Assembly (NCBI GenBank): GCA_039815185.1
Contig: JBCBZT010000029.1
Location: 38,217 to 102,216, forward strand
Length of the DNA stretch: 64,000 bases
Source of the DNA: Cyanobacteria bacterium P01_A01_bin.123
GTDB lineage: Bacteria > Cyanobacteriota > Cyanobacteriia > Phormidesmidales > Phormidesmidaceae
Direction: 5' to 3'
Numbering within the stretch: the first letter of the stretch is position 1; every line of letters begins with the position of its first letter. Both the position numbers and the translations under genes were made by a program. The notes under the pieces were generated by a model. It was not told the DNA's origin. It searched no databases and saw only the letters and a list, made by a program, of their open reading frames with translations. Shown in pieces: positions 40,930 to 51,490 of this stretch.

Positions 40930-41238
40930 TTGTATACTGATTTGCCTGACACTTCGTTGGAACGGTGGACAAAACCTTTGCCTGTAGAAAGTCTTCTATT
41001 GTCTGAAGCAGGACGCTCTATAGACTTTAAATGTGATGAGGGTTTTGATCCTGCTCCATATTCACACTTATATTCATCGATCCGAATCACGGTCGAGTTA
41101 GAGCCCAACCGTTTTGATCGCTTTCAACAAGATCTTCAAATTGCGGATCCATTTCAATCCTTGAAGAATTTTAGTGATAATTTGCCTGATGGTAGCGAGT
41201 ACAATGTTGCAACGTGCAACGCCTATGGAACGTGCTAA
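40930..41238 (+). CDS. Hypothetical protein or gene fragment
   Basis: 102-aa open frame with a weak TTG start filling the gap between HxlR and GNAT. Confidence 0.35.
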   Translation: MYTDLPDTSLERWTKPLPVESLLLSEAGRSIDFKCDEGFDPAPYSHLYSSIRITVELEPNRFDRFQQDLQIADPFQSLKNFSDNLPDGSEYNVATCNAYGTC

Positions 41239-41756
41239 TGTCGCATTTGCTCCGCACTGAACGTTTGAGTTTGCGCCCCTGTCAAATGAGCGATTTAGGT
41301 GCTATACACCAGCTATGGACAGAGTCTGATGTCCGACGGTTTCTCTTCGACGACCGACAAATTACTCATGAGGAAGCAAAGTCGTTCATCGAGGCGAGTG
41401 TAGTGAGCTTTGCTAGTCACGGCTATGGAATTTGGCTCTTCTTCGAGCATCAAAACGACCAGATGGCAGGGTTTTCAGGGTTGTTTCATTCATTACAAAG
41501 TTCACCGAGTTTAATTTTTGGCACACGACCTCAACTCTGGGGACGGGGGTATGCAAAGGAAGCTACACTTTCTGTACTTCGCTACGCATTTGATGTGCTT
41601 GGATTGAAGAAAGTAGAGGCAGATGTTGATGAGCCTAACCAAGCTTCCATTCGAGTACTTGAAGCATTGGGAATGTCCCGAACTCGGAGAGCGATCATCA
41701 ACGACTGTCCATTGCTTTACTATGAAATTCAAACTTGGAGAAGAGAAGTCTTGTAG
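41238..41756 (+). CDS. GNAT acetyltransferase, RimJ/RimL type
   Basis: LRTERLSLRP, LWGRGYAKEA, N.ASIRVLEALG. Confidence 0.92.
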   Translation: MSHLLRTERLSLRPCQMSDLGAIHQLWTESDVRRFLFDDRQITHEEAKSFIEASVVSFASHGYGIWLFFEHQNDQMAGFSGLFHSLQSSPSLIFGTRPQLWGRGYAKEATLSVLRYAFDVLGLKKVEADVDEPNQASIRVLEALGMSRTRRAIINDCPLLYYEIQTWRREVL

Positions 41757-41796
41757 ATACTGTTTTGACAGCCTCAATTCAAAACAGTATCTACAA
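41751..41796. terminator. 18-bp perfect hairpin over the GNAT stop codon
   Basis: TTGTAGATACTGTTTTGA-10 nt-TCAAAACAGTATCTACAA. Confidence 0.55.
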
Positions 41797-41869
41797 AGTG
41801 AGCGGTCGCACTACGTTTGAGTGAATTGAGCTAAAAGATTGGTTGAAATTTGAAAGTGGTGCTATCAAA

Positions 41870-41947
41870 ATGATTCAAGGCGCTTGTCATTGTGGTTCTG
41901 TTCGATGGCAGTTTGAAAGCCAACCCGACGGAGCAACAGCCTGCAAC
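41870..41947 (+). pseudogene. N-terminal fragment of a GFA/CENP-V family gene
   Basis: MIQGACHCGSVRWQF......ACN stops before the expected C-x-x-C. Confidence 0.75.
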
Positions 41948-41977
41948 GTTATGCATCCCAACCAACCGCTGACTGAT

Positions 41978-42424
41978 ATGCCCTACCCATATCCAAAACC
42001 TAGTCATGAACTTAGTGAACAGGACATCATCGGCGCGGCTCTATTATCCCCAGGATTTGCGTACGATTTATCAACCTGGCAGCTGACAATCAGCAACAAC
42101 GGATTACTTAGCCAAAGAGTCCGCAAATCACAACCTCCGAATTACTCCGCTGAACACATAATTCTTCAGCGTCAATTGTCCTATGAGCAACTGGGGATGT
42201 TGCATGAATTGATCGATAACATCAAATTCAACAACCTAGACGATGAATACTCGTGCGCTTGGACAGACCAACCCTACACAAGACTTGTAGTGCGCACAGA
42301 TGATTTTGTTAAATCCGTATTTTCTTATGGGCCACATGCAGCCGCATACGACGGTGACGCACACATGAAACGATACGTGCAACTTTGGGATGCAATCGTT
42401 GAACTGGCTCCATTTGACGCTTAA
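41978..42424 (+). CDS. Hypothetical protein, in frame with the GFA fragment
   Basis: Open frame MPYPYPKPS...APFDA with no GFA features. Confidence 0.55.
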   Translation: MPYPYPKPSHELSEQDIIGAALLSPGFAYDLSTWQLTISNNGLLSQRVRKSQPPNYSAEHIILQRQLSYEQLGMLHELIDNIKFNNLDDEYSCAWTDQPYTRLVVRTDDFVKSVFSYGPHAAAYDGDAHMKRYVQLWDAIVELAPFDA

Positions 42425-42473
42425 GCGATCGCACTACCCATACCCCTGACGACTAGGGAAAGGGGTAATTGGA

Positions 42474-43079
42474 CTACTCAGACTTGAGTGCCTGACGGAA
42501 GGTTTTGGCCGCATCGAGGCGAGAGGTTTGGGCGATCAATATGCAACGGGTGAGCAGCGTCATATCAAGGGTGCCCAGTTCAGGAACTCCACTTTGGGTA
42601 ATGGGCTCATACTCGAAGCCGCGCAGGCGATAGAGGCTAAACACGCCATCTTCCCAAAACCAGACTTCAGGAATTTGAAGTGCCCGATAGCGATTCAGCT
42701 TATTAGGGCTACCGCTAGTGAAGATCACTTCAATCACTAAATCGGGAGTAGGTTTGGACTCCCCAAAGCAATAAGACTCATCCGGTTCGGCGGCGGCTTC
42801 GCCCTCCCGTTCTTGGGTGGTGGAACCAAGGGGTTCAAACTCAGTATCTGTTTCTAGGCAAAACAGCTCTAGCAGAAAGCCAATGATGGATTTGAAGAAT
42901 TCGTGATCGCGCCCCGGCATTAGAATCTCAACGGTGTTGTCGTAGTAAAACAGGCGCACGTTGCGGGTGTCGCCAAAACCAGACCGAATCAGCTTAAATT
43001 GCTGCCAGGTAATGCCGGAATGGACAATTCGCTGATCGGAGGATGGGGGCTTGAGTCGTTCGGGTTGGAGTTGAACCAT
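42474..43079 (-). CDS. Uma2 family endonuclease-like protein
   Basis: ITWQQF, GSTT, EPDESY, PDLVIEV, IPEVWFW. Confidence 0.93.
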   Translation of the reverse strand: MVQLQPERLKPPSSDQRIVHSGITWQQFKLIRSGFGDTRNVRLFYYDNTVEILMPGRDHEFFKSIIGFLLELFCLETDTEFEPLGSTTQEREGEAAAEPDESYCFGESKPTPDLVIEVIFTSGSPNKLNRYRALQIPEVWFWEDGVFSLYRLRGFEYEPITQSGVPELGTLDMTLLTRCILIAQTSRLDAAKTFRQALKSE

Positions 43080-43250
43080 CGCCTTGCCTCATCTACAGTG
43101 TCTACATTTTAGTGGAACCACTTGATATACCCTGCCAGCAGTCGTTCATTAGTTTTGCTGACCATGGCGTTGATCTCAGATTTTTATTTTCGCAGTTACA
43201 GCGTTGGCGATAAAATTTCTTTCCCGTTTCGCTGTATTGGATTTCTGTGG

Positions 43251-43772
43251 CTAATCAGATGGCAGTGGATGCTGATAAATGTGCCAATTATTACCCCGAA
43301 ATTCAACTTCTTTTTCAAATTTTGCGCCGATGGCCACGGCAAGATGGATCGAGGGCAGATTTTCCCCATGGATAAAGCTAATGAGTGATGTATCGGGCAT
43401 GTATTGCCGACCCACCTGCTGCACTGCCCTCGCGGCTTCACTGGCAAACCCTTGCCCCCAATACTGTGGGGCCAAAGCCCACTTGATTTCTGGGCTAGGC
43501 CAATCGTTGGGATACCAAAAGCCGACTGGGCCAAGCACTTTGCCACTGACTTTTGCTTCAACAGTGTAAGGGCCATACCCCCGCACTTGCCAATGACCAA
43601 TCATGCCGCACATGGTGCGCCAGGTTTCACCCTCTGAGAAGGCACGACCGACGGTGTATTTTGTTGCTATGGCATCAGCGTAGTATTGATGCAAATCTTT
43701 CCAGTCTTCTTCTCTAAACTGTCTCAGAATTAATCTTTCTGTTTCGAGTTTTTCTGGAACGAGAAAGTCCAT
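43251..43772 (-). CDS. GNAT acetyltransferase, RimJ/RimL type
   Basis: LETERLILR, GHWQVRGYG, YWGQGFASEAA. Confidence 0.92.
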   Translation of the reverse strand: MDFLVPEKLETERLILRQFREEDWKDLHQYYADAIATKYTVGRAFSEGETWRTMCGMIGHWQVRGYGPYTVEAKVSGKVLGPVGFWYPNDWPSPEIKWALAPQYWGQGFASEAARAVQQVGRQYMPDTSLISFIHGENLPSIHLAVAIGAKFEKEVEFRGNNWHIYQHPLPSD

Positions 43773-44046
43773 TTTGAAATTTAATTCTCCATCTTTTTTT
43801 AGCTCATAACTATTGAGCTAGCGCCAATGCCTTGAGCTTTGCCGAGCAGATTTTATTGACTTTATCAAGGTAATCATAAAAGTGTTTGAGTAAAAATCCT
43901 TCGTGGATATTCACATATCAATATGCTCGATCGGGTTGCCATGACAGCTTACCCCCCAATGGCGACGAGGCATCGGTGGTCTCAAAATGGGTTTGCGATC
44001 GCCCAAGGCCTGATTAACAAAGGTCGAACATTTCGACTTTTCTGCC

Positions 44047-44562
44047 TTAGGAGAAGAAGTACACCAAACCTAAAATAATGCCTAAACCGACTACGGCGAT
44101 CGTAGCGTACAAGCGCCTAGACAGTTTTTTAAGTTGTTTGCTCACCCCCCGGTTAGAACTGCTCAAATGCCCTAAGCGCAATAGACTCTGCTCGAAAGCT
44201 TGGCGCATTTGCGAGAAGTTATCGGAGAATTGTTCCAGATGAGTTTCTAGGGCATCGACGCGATCGTTAAGGGCTGCCTGCCCTTGCTTAAACTGTTCTA
44301 GGGCTTCTGTCATTTTGTGATTATCCGTCTGAACCATTGTTTGTAATTGGTCCAAAGCGCGGAGTTGAGCCTGAATCTTCGTCAGTTCTTCCACAGAACT
44401 AAAATGCTGTTTGATCAGACCCTGTAAGTCCTCAAATTCCTGTTCGACATGGGCTAATCCATCTAGTTGCTCCGTCGGGCTAACCATAGAAACCTCTTCG
44501 ACATATGCTAGCTCATCCATTTGTTCAGTAGGGCTGATCATAGTTACCTCGCAATAGTTCAA
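44047..44562 (-). CDS. Coiled-coil protein with C-terminal membrane anchor
   Basis: Heptad-rich body, C-terminal hydrophobic helix, N-terminal 17-aa tandem repeat. Confidence 0.7.
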   Translation of the reverse strand: MNYCEVTMISPTEQMDELAYVEEVSMVSPTEQLDGLAHVEQEFEDLQGLIKQHFSSVEELTKIQAQLRALDQLQTMVQTDNHKMTEALEQFKQGQAALNDRVDALETHLEQFSDNFSQMRQAFEQSLLRLGHLSSSNRGVSKQLKKLSRRLYATIAVVGLGIILGLVYFFS

Positions 44563-45671
44563 ATTGCACTCAGAACGACTGAGTTATGTCCTGGGGTCAC
44601 GATTGGTGGCTGCCCAGCGTGGTGCTTCTGACGGGTTAATATCATTGCTTTCACGGTCCGGATGCGATACGTCAATAACAACGAACGATATTGAGGCGAT
44701 CCTTTGCCAAATAACTTGGCAGCTTCTCGAATCAAAAACGGCAACCCTTTACGAGAATTCCAAGGACTATCCACATGGGTCAGCCAGCTAAACGCTAGGG
44801 TTGGATTGAGTGATCTAGCAGCTTTATAGAACAACCACAAGGCATGGGGTGAAACTTCTTGTTGAATTCCTGCTTGAAACCCTGCCTGTAAAGACGCATA
44901 TGCTTTTTTAGGCTGTTGCCAGGCTTGACTCGCTAAAACACCCTGCAAATAGAGCGCTGCCAGGTTTGTAGGCTCTTTCGCAAGGCGCTGGGTCAGGATT
45001 GGCTTGAGGGCGATCGTAGTCTTGGTGTGCCCTTGCAACTGCTGAACAAATGTCAATAGTTCATCCGGCTCAAATCGGTTCAACAGCTTTGTGACCGACG
45101 ACTTGGAAAGTTTCCTTTGGGGCGACCCTAGCACTAATGCCGATGACGGTGCGGAATTCTCTATGCCGTGGGCTGAAGCAGAGGTTGGTGTGGATGCCGC
45201 TAAAGCATCTTGCTCTGCCACGACCTCAGACGAAGCCTCCTCAGTTGTGGTGATACCTGCCACCATCTTTTCTAAAATTCCGGGCCCAAATTGACCATAG
45301 CCCTTGTGAACCATCCGGATGGTGTTGATCAGTTCTTCACTCAACGTGTCCTTGAGTAAGTAGCTTTTGGCCCCGGCTTTCAGCGCATTGACCAAATAAG
45401 TATTTTGGTCGTGGGCACTCAACACAATCACTTTCGTCTCTGGAAAGCGTTGAGTAATCAGTTGAGTTGCACTCAAACCATCCAGAGCAGGCATTTCAAC
45501 GTCGATCAGAGCAATATCCGGTCGATGCAGGGCAACCTGCCTAATCGCCTCATGACCATCCGAGGCGTTACTGACAATCTTGATATCCGAATTTTGTTCC
45601 AGCAAAGATGCCAGCGCTTGCCGGAGCAATGCCTGATCATCAACCAACAGAACGCTTATTGGGTCAGCCAT
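44559..45671 (-). CDS. NarL-type receiver domain with atypical helical output region
   Basis: LLVDDQ, PDIALIDVEMP..DG, GAKSYLLK; no LuxR HTH seen. Confidence 0.85.
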   Translation of the reverse strand: MADPISVLLVDDQALLRQALASLLEQNSDIKIVSNASDGHEAIRQVALHRPDIALIDVEMPALDGLSATQLITQRFPETKVIVLSAHDQNTYLVNALKAGAKSYLLKDTLSEELINTIRMVHKGYGQFGPGILEKMVAGITTTEEASSEVVAEQDALAASTPTSASAHGIENSAPSSALVLGSPQRKLSKSSVTKLLNRFEPDELLTFVQQLQGHTKTTIALKPILTQRLAKEPTNLAALYLQGVLASQAWQQPKKAYASLQAGFQAGIQQEVSPHALWLFYKAARSLNPTLAFSWLTHVDSPWNSRKGLPFLIREAAKLFGKGSPQYRSLLLTYRIRTVKAMILTRQKHHAGQPPIVTPGHNSVVLSAI

Positions 45672-45886
45672 AGTCAGCCAGCGCTTAAGGGGGGAGGAGA
45701 AAGGGTTGCTATTTTGACGCCAGCCAGAATCAGAAAACTGGCAGGCTTCTCCTTAAGCCACTTTGCAGCGTCGGTGGGCAAAATCAGGATAAATTGGCGT
45801 CACATTTCCCAGCTTTAAAGTTGCTTTACGAAATCCTTTTGGCTGCATGATTTCAGGCGATTGTCAATCCCTTTTTACTGTGGTGA

Positions 45887-46606
45887 TCATGGAGCTGGCG
45901 CTGTCTGTTTGGATATTTTCCGCCAAGCTTGCTTCCTTTTGTCATTTATAAAGCAATAAATATATTCACTATCTTCATACAATTTGCTGTAACGATCTGA
46001 AACTCCAGGCAGAAGCAAGGCTCCAGGAATATCCTGTATGCTTTTCTGTTTGATCTCTTGTGTTTTGTCGTAATCCCATTTCAAATCTTGAAAATCTTGC
46101 AAGAAGTCTATTTGCAAGAAAAACATCTCGGGTGATTCGTTGATTGGATCACCTGAACAATAAATGACACAGTTTTGATCGATATAAAGTTGTTCATCTT
46201 GGGGATTTATATCAGCGCAGCGCAAACGAATGTGAAAAAGGATATTTGGAGAGTAATCTTCATCGTCTTCCTCTAAATTATCCTCTTCTAAATCGTCTTC
46301 TAGCGAACAGTATTCTTCCCAGGATGCTTGTACCTGAATTTTCCCATCAGGTACAAACCAATACGAACCTTCTTGAACAATACCAAACGTAATGATCTCA
46401 GCCCCATTCCTCCAAGTTCTACCACCAAATTTTTTCTGACAGTCTAATAATTTATCTGGATTTTGAATGCCTGCTTGCTCTAATTGCTTTTGCAAATCTG
46501 CGTAATCGACCATGAGTGTTTTACCTGTAGATCTCATGATAGGAATATGACTGCTTTGAAAACCCAATTCGACAGTCTCAAGAGTCTTATTTACCTTGAG
46601 AAACAA
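45887..46606 (-). CDS. Acidic hypothetical protein (true start probably further downstream)
   Basis: Long AT-rich ORF with no recognised motif. Confidence 0.6.
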   Translation of the reverse strand: MFLKVNKTLETVELGFQSSHIPIMRSTGKTLMVDYADLQKQLEQAGIQNPDKLLDCQKKFGGRTWRNGAEIITFGIVQEGSYWFVPDGKIQVQASWEEYCSLEDDLEEDNLEEDDEDYSPNILFHIRLRCADINPQDEQLYIDQNCVIYCSGDPINESPEMFFLQIDFLQDFQDLKWDYDKTQEIKQKSIQDIPGALLLPGVSDRYSKLYEDSEYIYCFINDKRKQAWRKISKQTAPAP

Positions 46607-47140
46607 AAGCTGGAAGCGAATTGACGTTCGGTAATTTTCGGGCAGCAGAGAGCGTTGATGGCAGAGTCTAGCGAGCTCTCTGAAGCCTATTGAACTTGAA
46701 CTAGGTAAACCCTCCAGGCATGACTGTGCCCTTTTAGTATGCCTGGAGGGCGAGCGGAGCGGAAGCTCTGGTCTTCAAAGTCGATCCAACACTTTAGTCT
46801 GGATATAACAGCGCTGGAGAAGAGAGCGATCGCATTTTCGGGTCTGGGTTAGAATCCAGCAAGTCTAGAACGTACTCCGGACAGAATGGCAAGAGAGGAT
46901 TCGTCCGATGCATATAAAAATTGTGCTGCAAGAAAATAGAGTATTTGGAAAAGATTCAGATCACTTTTTGATCAAATTTGGATCACTTTGTACCTCTGAC
47001 TAATCTGCTCGCTTGGCACAATCAGCCATGCCGCCTCAAATCTTTCAGTAAAAGGGGAGGAAGAATTGTCCTGGAGATGTAGTTTCTCATTAGATGGCTG
47101 TCTGACGAATTAGATTTTGACGATGACATCAAGCATAGTC

Positions 47141-47755
47141 TTAAGGTTCTAGTACGCTGACTAAAATCCGCAAAAGATCGTCCAGATCGGCAGGGACTCG
47201 ATAAAGTTCGAGATCTTGGGTTACTTCACGAGACTGTCGATTAAACTGGCCAAACTGCCAGATATTTCCAGTTGAAATTGCCCCTTTCAAGACAGTTTGG
47301 TCGGACTCAATCCACTGATCTAGGGCAATCAATTCGACAGCAAGTTGTACAAATCCCCTTTCCAGGTCTTCATTTTTGGCCTCAATCACCAAAAAAGTTT
47401 GGTCATTTTGCAGGAGATAGTCTAAGGAGCCTTTGAGCTGGTTACTGACCGCAACAGGATACTCAACATTGAGAGTAGCCTGGGTATAGTGCAACACATC
47501 AGTTAGTACAGGCGCAATTAAGAATTCCCGTCGGGCCATTTCACTGGTCAAGCTCAGGCGGGGCAAGCTTTCTTCAATTCGCGCCTTGAGATCAGTGAGG
47601 CGATCGAGGGCACCAGTGTAGCGGGGTAATTGCAAGGCGCGACGTTGGAGCGAAACCTTGAAATGCGCCAAAATGTCTTGTGGGGCAAAGTTGAGCTTAA
47701 AGTAGTCCGCAAAGGTATAGGACTGATCGGGTTGGATAATGGCGGCTCTGGGCAT
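47141..47755 (-). CDS. PD-(D/E)xK restriction-endonuclease-like hypothetical protein
   Basis: SEMARREFLIAP, GSLDY, VIEAK, QL..EL, STGNIWQF. Confidence 0.75.
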   Translation of the reverse strand: MPRAAIIQPDQSYTFADYFKLNFAPQDILAHFKVSLQRRALQLPRYTGALDRLTDLKARIEESLPRLSLTSEMARREFLIAPVLTDVLHYTQATLNVEYPVAVSNQLKGSLDYLLQNDQTFLVIEAKNEDLERGFVQLAVELIALDQWIESDQTVLKGAISTGNIWQFGQFNRQSREVTQDLELYRVPADLDDLLRILVSVLEP

Positions 47756-47853
47756 GGTATTTAATCGTCCACAACTATTTGTCTGTAATGCTCAAAACAG
47801 CTTGCTGCTCCCTTTACAGTCAGGATAAGGCAGTCAGTTCCAAAGTAAAATTC

Positions 47854-49092
47854 GTGGCCATTACCACTTCATTGCAGATCAACCGCGATCGCCTCCAACA
47901 GCAATTAACCACCCTCGCCACTATCGGCCAACTGCCAAGCGGCGGCGTCCGTCGTACGGCCTACAGCCTTGAAGATCTAGAAGCTCGCCAGTGGGTGATG
48001 GCTGCCATGGAACAAGCGGGCATGACAATTACCATTGATGCCGCCGGAAACATTATTGGTCGCTACAACGGTACCCAAGCCCTACCCGCGATCGCCACCG
48101 GATCGCACATTGACACCGTACCAACCGGGGGGCGTTATGACGGGGCACTGGGTGTACTGGCGGGTATAGAAGTTGTGGCAACGCTACATGATGCTGGGCA
48201 GCAGTTGAACCATCCTATTGAAGTGATTGTCTTCACCGACGAAGAAGGGGAGATGATTGGCAGCAAGGCCATGGCTGGGACAGGGCATTTTCACGAGCCG
48301 GAGCTGTTTCGTCGGTTAGACGGGTGCGCCATTCAAGACTGCTTGCAGCGCATTGGTGGCGATTGGGATGCCTTATCTAGTGCCCAACGCACCGCCCAAG
48401 ACATCGCTGCCTATCTAGAACTGCACGTAGAACAAGGGGGCGTGTTGGAAACCGTGCAGCGTCAAGTCGGGGTTGTACAAGGCATCGTCGGTCTGCAACG
48501 CTACCGGGTTGAGATCATCGGACGGCCCAACCATGCCGGGACAACACCCATGGGGATGCGGCAAGATGCACTCTATGCCGCCGCTCTACTCGTGGCAGCA
48601 GTACATGACATGGCGATCGACATCCCTGGCGATCAGGTGGCAACCGTGGGGTCCTTGCAGGTCTTCCCCAATGCCGCCAACATCGTACCGGGGCGAGTAG
48701 AACTGACCATTGACATGCGAGATCTATCCTCCGACACGCTTCAAGCGATGGTCGAAGCTTTGCAGCATCGCATTCAAGCGATTGAAGCCACGACCCAAAC
48801 TAAAATTCAGATGCAGGCACAACACGCGGTTGATCCTACCCTGGCAAGTCCTGCGATCCAAGAAACTATTGCAGCGGTCTGCGAAACCCTCCAACTCAGT
48901 CATTACTCGATGCCCAGCCGTGCCATCCACGATGCCCAAGAAATCGGACGGTTTACCCAGATGGGGATGATTTTTGTCCCCAGCCAAGCTGGGGTGAGCC
49001 ATGCTGAAGATGAATACACCTCGCCAGACCAATGTGCCCAGGGCGCTAACGTTTTGCTGAATACGCTGCTGCGATTAGATACTCTGCTGTAG
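47854..49092 (+). CDS. M20 Zn-dependent hydrolase (N-carbamoyl-amino acid/allantoate amidohydrolase)
   Basis: GSHIDTVPTGGRYDG, DEEG, ELHVEQG, NHAGTTPM, HDAQ. Confidence 0.94.
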   Translation: MAITTSLQINRDRLQQQLTTLATIGQLPSGGVRRTAYSLEDLEARQWVMAAMEQAGMTITIDAAGNIIGRYNGTQALPAIATGSHIDTVPTGGRYDGALGVLAGIEVVATLHDAGQQLNHPIEVIVFTDEEGEMIGSKAMAGTGHFHEPELFRRLDGCAIQDCLQRIGGDWDALSSAQRTAQDIAAYLELHVEQGGVLETVQRQVGVVQGIVGLQRYRVEIIGRPNHAGTTPMGMRQDALYAAALLVAAVHDMAIDIPGDQVATVGSLQVFPNAANIVPGRVELTIDMRDLSSDTLQAMVEALQHRIQAIEATTQTKIQMQAQHAVDPTLASPAIQETIAAVCETLQLSHYSMPSRAIHDAQEIGRFTQMGMIFVPSQAGVSHAEDEYTSPDQCAQGANVLLNTLLRLDTLL

Positions 49093-49275
49093 TCAATCGC
49101 TCTACTACCTATTCATAGGGATTACAGCGATCGGTGTATTTGGCTACCCTATATTTACCCTGAATTTGGGCTCATATAAACGAATTTCCCTAGAATACCG
49201 CAGAGGAGCCGGATGCTGGGAAACTTGCATGTTCGGTTCTGTAGACCATCGTCGGGGGCGACTCCGGCAATGAGT

Positions 49276-50694
49276 TTAACAGGTTTGCTTGAATTTGCGT
49301 TTCAAGCCCAAAGTCATTCCTGCTATTGTTACTAAGCTCCAAAGCGTGCCAGGTTCAGGTACTGAACGGAAATCTACACTCCCAGTTCTGATTAGGTCAG
49401 AGAAAGGTTCACGTACCGTACCAACATCTCCTCCAACGGCAAACAGTTCAAATCCCACTTGCCCGCTAGCAGAATCAGGGCCGAAGAGAGAGAAATCGAC
49501 TGTAGAAGCACCAACAATCGGTCCAAAAGCATTTGAGGGTGTACCGACGAGGTTTACGAAGTTGCTTGCATTGAAGCGCAATTCATCCGCAGTCACCTCG
49601 AAAAATGAACTACCGCTGGGACCACTACCACCTTCTACATCAAACTCCCACTGGGAACCATCACTTGTTAGGGTAAATCCAAACCTTTCTTGCGTGTTCT
49701 GATCTATGCCCGTGAAATCAATATTCCAAGTTGCATTATCGTTAAGAATACCTTCATCTGTAAATCTGCCAAATGAACCTGTGTAAAGAATCCTTCCATT
49801 AGCAGTAATGCTGCCTGCAGTAGCTTCAAATGAAAACTCTGAGCCAGGCGTTACTGCAGCGCTTTCAATGGCCTCAAACCAGTTTTGGGCCATTTTTTCG
49901 TAGCCTTCCGCTGTGGGGTGCTCTGCATCATTCTCCCTATACAAATTCGCTTTTAACATATCTCCATCGAGAAAGGTAACATCATGATCTACAAAGATGA
50001 CGTTTTTACGAGGGTTGTTGACCAGGTATTCTTCTCTAATTAGGCTGTTATATTCTATCGAGTCATCTTTATCATTCGCATTATTGACTGGCGGTATTGT
50101 TGAAACAAAAACAGCATCAATCTTAGTCGGCTCATCCAATAGTTGATCGACTATCCGTGTCAACCTATCAAAAGCATCTTGTGGATCCTCATCCAAATCC
50201 TTCGTGTCCGGATTAGTTCCTATGCTACTGACATCATTGGTTCCTGCCATTAGTAAAACAATCAAGTTGTCATCAAGGGAGATTTCATTGTTCTTGGCAA
50301 TGAAACTAGTGACATTATTGACGGATCCAAAGTTTATAAACGATGGCCTATTACCTTTGTTCCCAGACGGAATATCTCCAGGTTCCTCTGCCATTTCTCT
50401 TAAGGTAATCCCACCCTTGCCTTGATGCTTCAAACTGCCGCTTCCACCTTGCCCGACAAACTCAAAGTTGAATTCATTTTTAGTCAATTTTTCGCTAAGA
50501 AACTCTCGATATCCATTGCTTTCTGGTTGTGGGAAGCCTTGAGTATTTGAATCTCCGTAGGGCAAGATTAGAAGATCATCTGTTCTTGTAAATGTAAAAG
50601 CCTTCGCACTTGCAGTAGTGAGCGCAAGGATTGTTGATGAAGTGATAGTGGCGGACACGAATACAAGCAATTTCCAGCAAACCATTCTATTCAT
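49276..50694 (-). CDS. SGNH/GDSL hydrolase with signal peptide and PEP-CTERM tail
   Basis: GDSNT, AGTND, DAEHPTAEGY; C-terminal VPEPGT, TM segment, KRK. Confidence 0.9.
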   Translation of the reverse strand: MNRMVCWKLLVFVSATITSSTILALTTASAKAFTFTRTDDLLILPYGDSNTQGFPQPESNGYREFLSEKLTKNEFNFEFVGQGGSGSLKHQGKGGITLREMAEEPGDIPSGNKGNRPSFINFGSVNNVTSFIAKNNEISLDDNLIVLLMAGTNDVSSIGTNPDTKDLDEDPQDAFDRLTRIVDQLLDEPTKIDAVFVSTIPPVNNANDKDDSIEYNSLIREEYLVNNPRKNVIFVDHDVTFLDGDMLKANLYRENDAEHPTAEGYEKMAQNWFEAIESAAVTPGSEFSFEATAGSITANGRILYTGSFGRFTDEGILNDNATWNIDFTGIDQNTQERFGFTLTSDGSQWEFDVEGGSGPSGSSFFEVTADELRFNASNFVNLVGTPSNAFGPIVGASTVDFSLFGPDSASGQVGFELFAVGGDVGTVREPFSDLIRTGSVDFRSVPEPGTLWSLVTIAGMTLGLKRKFKQTC

Positions 50695-50848
50695 GATGAT
50701 TAAGCCTTTACTAAAGTTAATGCGGCGTGGCAAAACTTTAACTCTATTAAACTTTATCCATTATTAACCGTATGATCAGCTCATCGAAGCAACAAGCTTT
50801 TTATGGGAAACTTCACAGTAGTGGGCAGTCATTAGCCAAGTTACAAGC

Positions 50849-50892
50849 GCGATCTCACCTCTAATCAACAAGGGGATTAGAGGTGAGATCGC
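50849..50892. repeat. 18-bp perfect inverted repeat
   Basis: GCGATCTCACCTCTAATC-AACAAGGG-GATTAGAGGTGAGATCGC. Confidence 0.75.
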
Positions 50893-50950
50893 TATTCCAT
50901 GCAGCAGTAAAGCCAAGATAGCGGTTCAATATGTTTCTCAGGGAGCAGTG

Positions 50951-51273
50951 ATGAACTCAGACGACACCCCATCTCCCAGCAAAAAGAGTTTTTATGCCCT
51001 CGTAGTAAATACTATGGAGAGTTCACCCCTGAAGAATTAGTTTTGAACGCTAACCTCCAAGAATTTTTTCAGAGCGTGAGTTACCTCTGTGCTCTCGAAA
51101 CTGGCGGGAAGATTTCTACTGATGAAGCTTACCAAGGCGTCAAACGGGCATGGAAAGAACTCAAGCACAGTAAAAAGGGATTGGGATTGGGAAAAATCAG
51201 CAACCGCCGAGTGAGGAGATATAGGCTTGCTGCCTTAATCCTGAAGGCGGGTCGTGTTCTCAGAAACAGCTAA
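50951..51273 (+). pseudogene. Conserved small cyanobacterial protein (NANLQEF family), 5' frameshift
   Basis: EFLCPRSKYYGEFTPEELVLNANLQEF...LETGGKIS..EAY; the ATG at 50951 is out of frame with the conserved part. Confidence 0.65.
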
Positions 51274-51310
51274 GCCATTCTCTACTATTGAGTCACGATG
51301 AAGAGGTCAT

Positions 51311-51490
51311 ATGAACCGAAACTTACTTGTTTTACTGGTGATTGGTTGCTTCGCGCTAGTCGTGGCAGTCACTGTTCCCATGATGGCTCTCAAGCTGAAA
51401 CTCAAATCGCTCAGTGGCCCATGGGCAATTGCATGATGAATGGAGACATGATGGGGTCTGGGATGATGGGTGACAACTTCGAAGACATGT
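51311..51490 (+). pseudogene. Fragment of an exported Met-rich protein
   Basis: GAGG RBS, signal-like MNRNLLVLLVIG..., frameshift into MGNCMMNGDMMGSGMMG, then abrupt end. Confidence 0.4.

Noticed and set aside
41843..42424. Single intact GFA protein
   Set aside because: GFA similarity ends after 26 residues; treated as a chimera.
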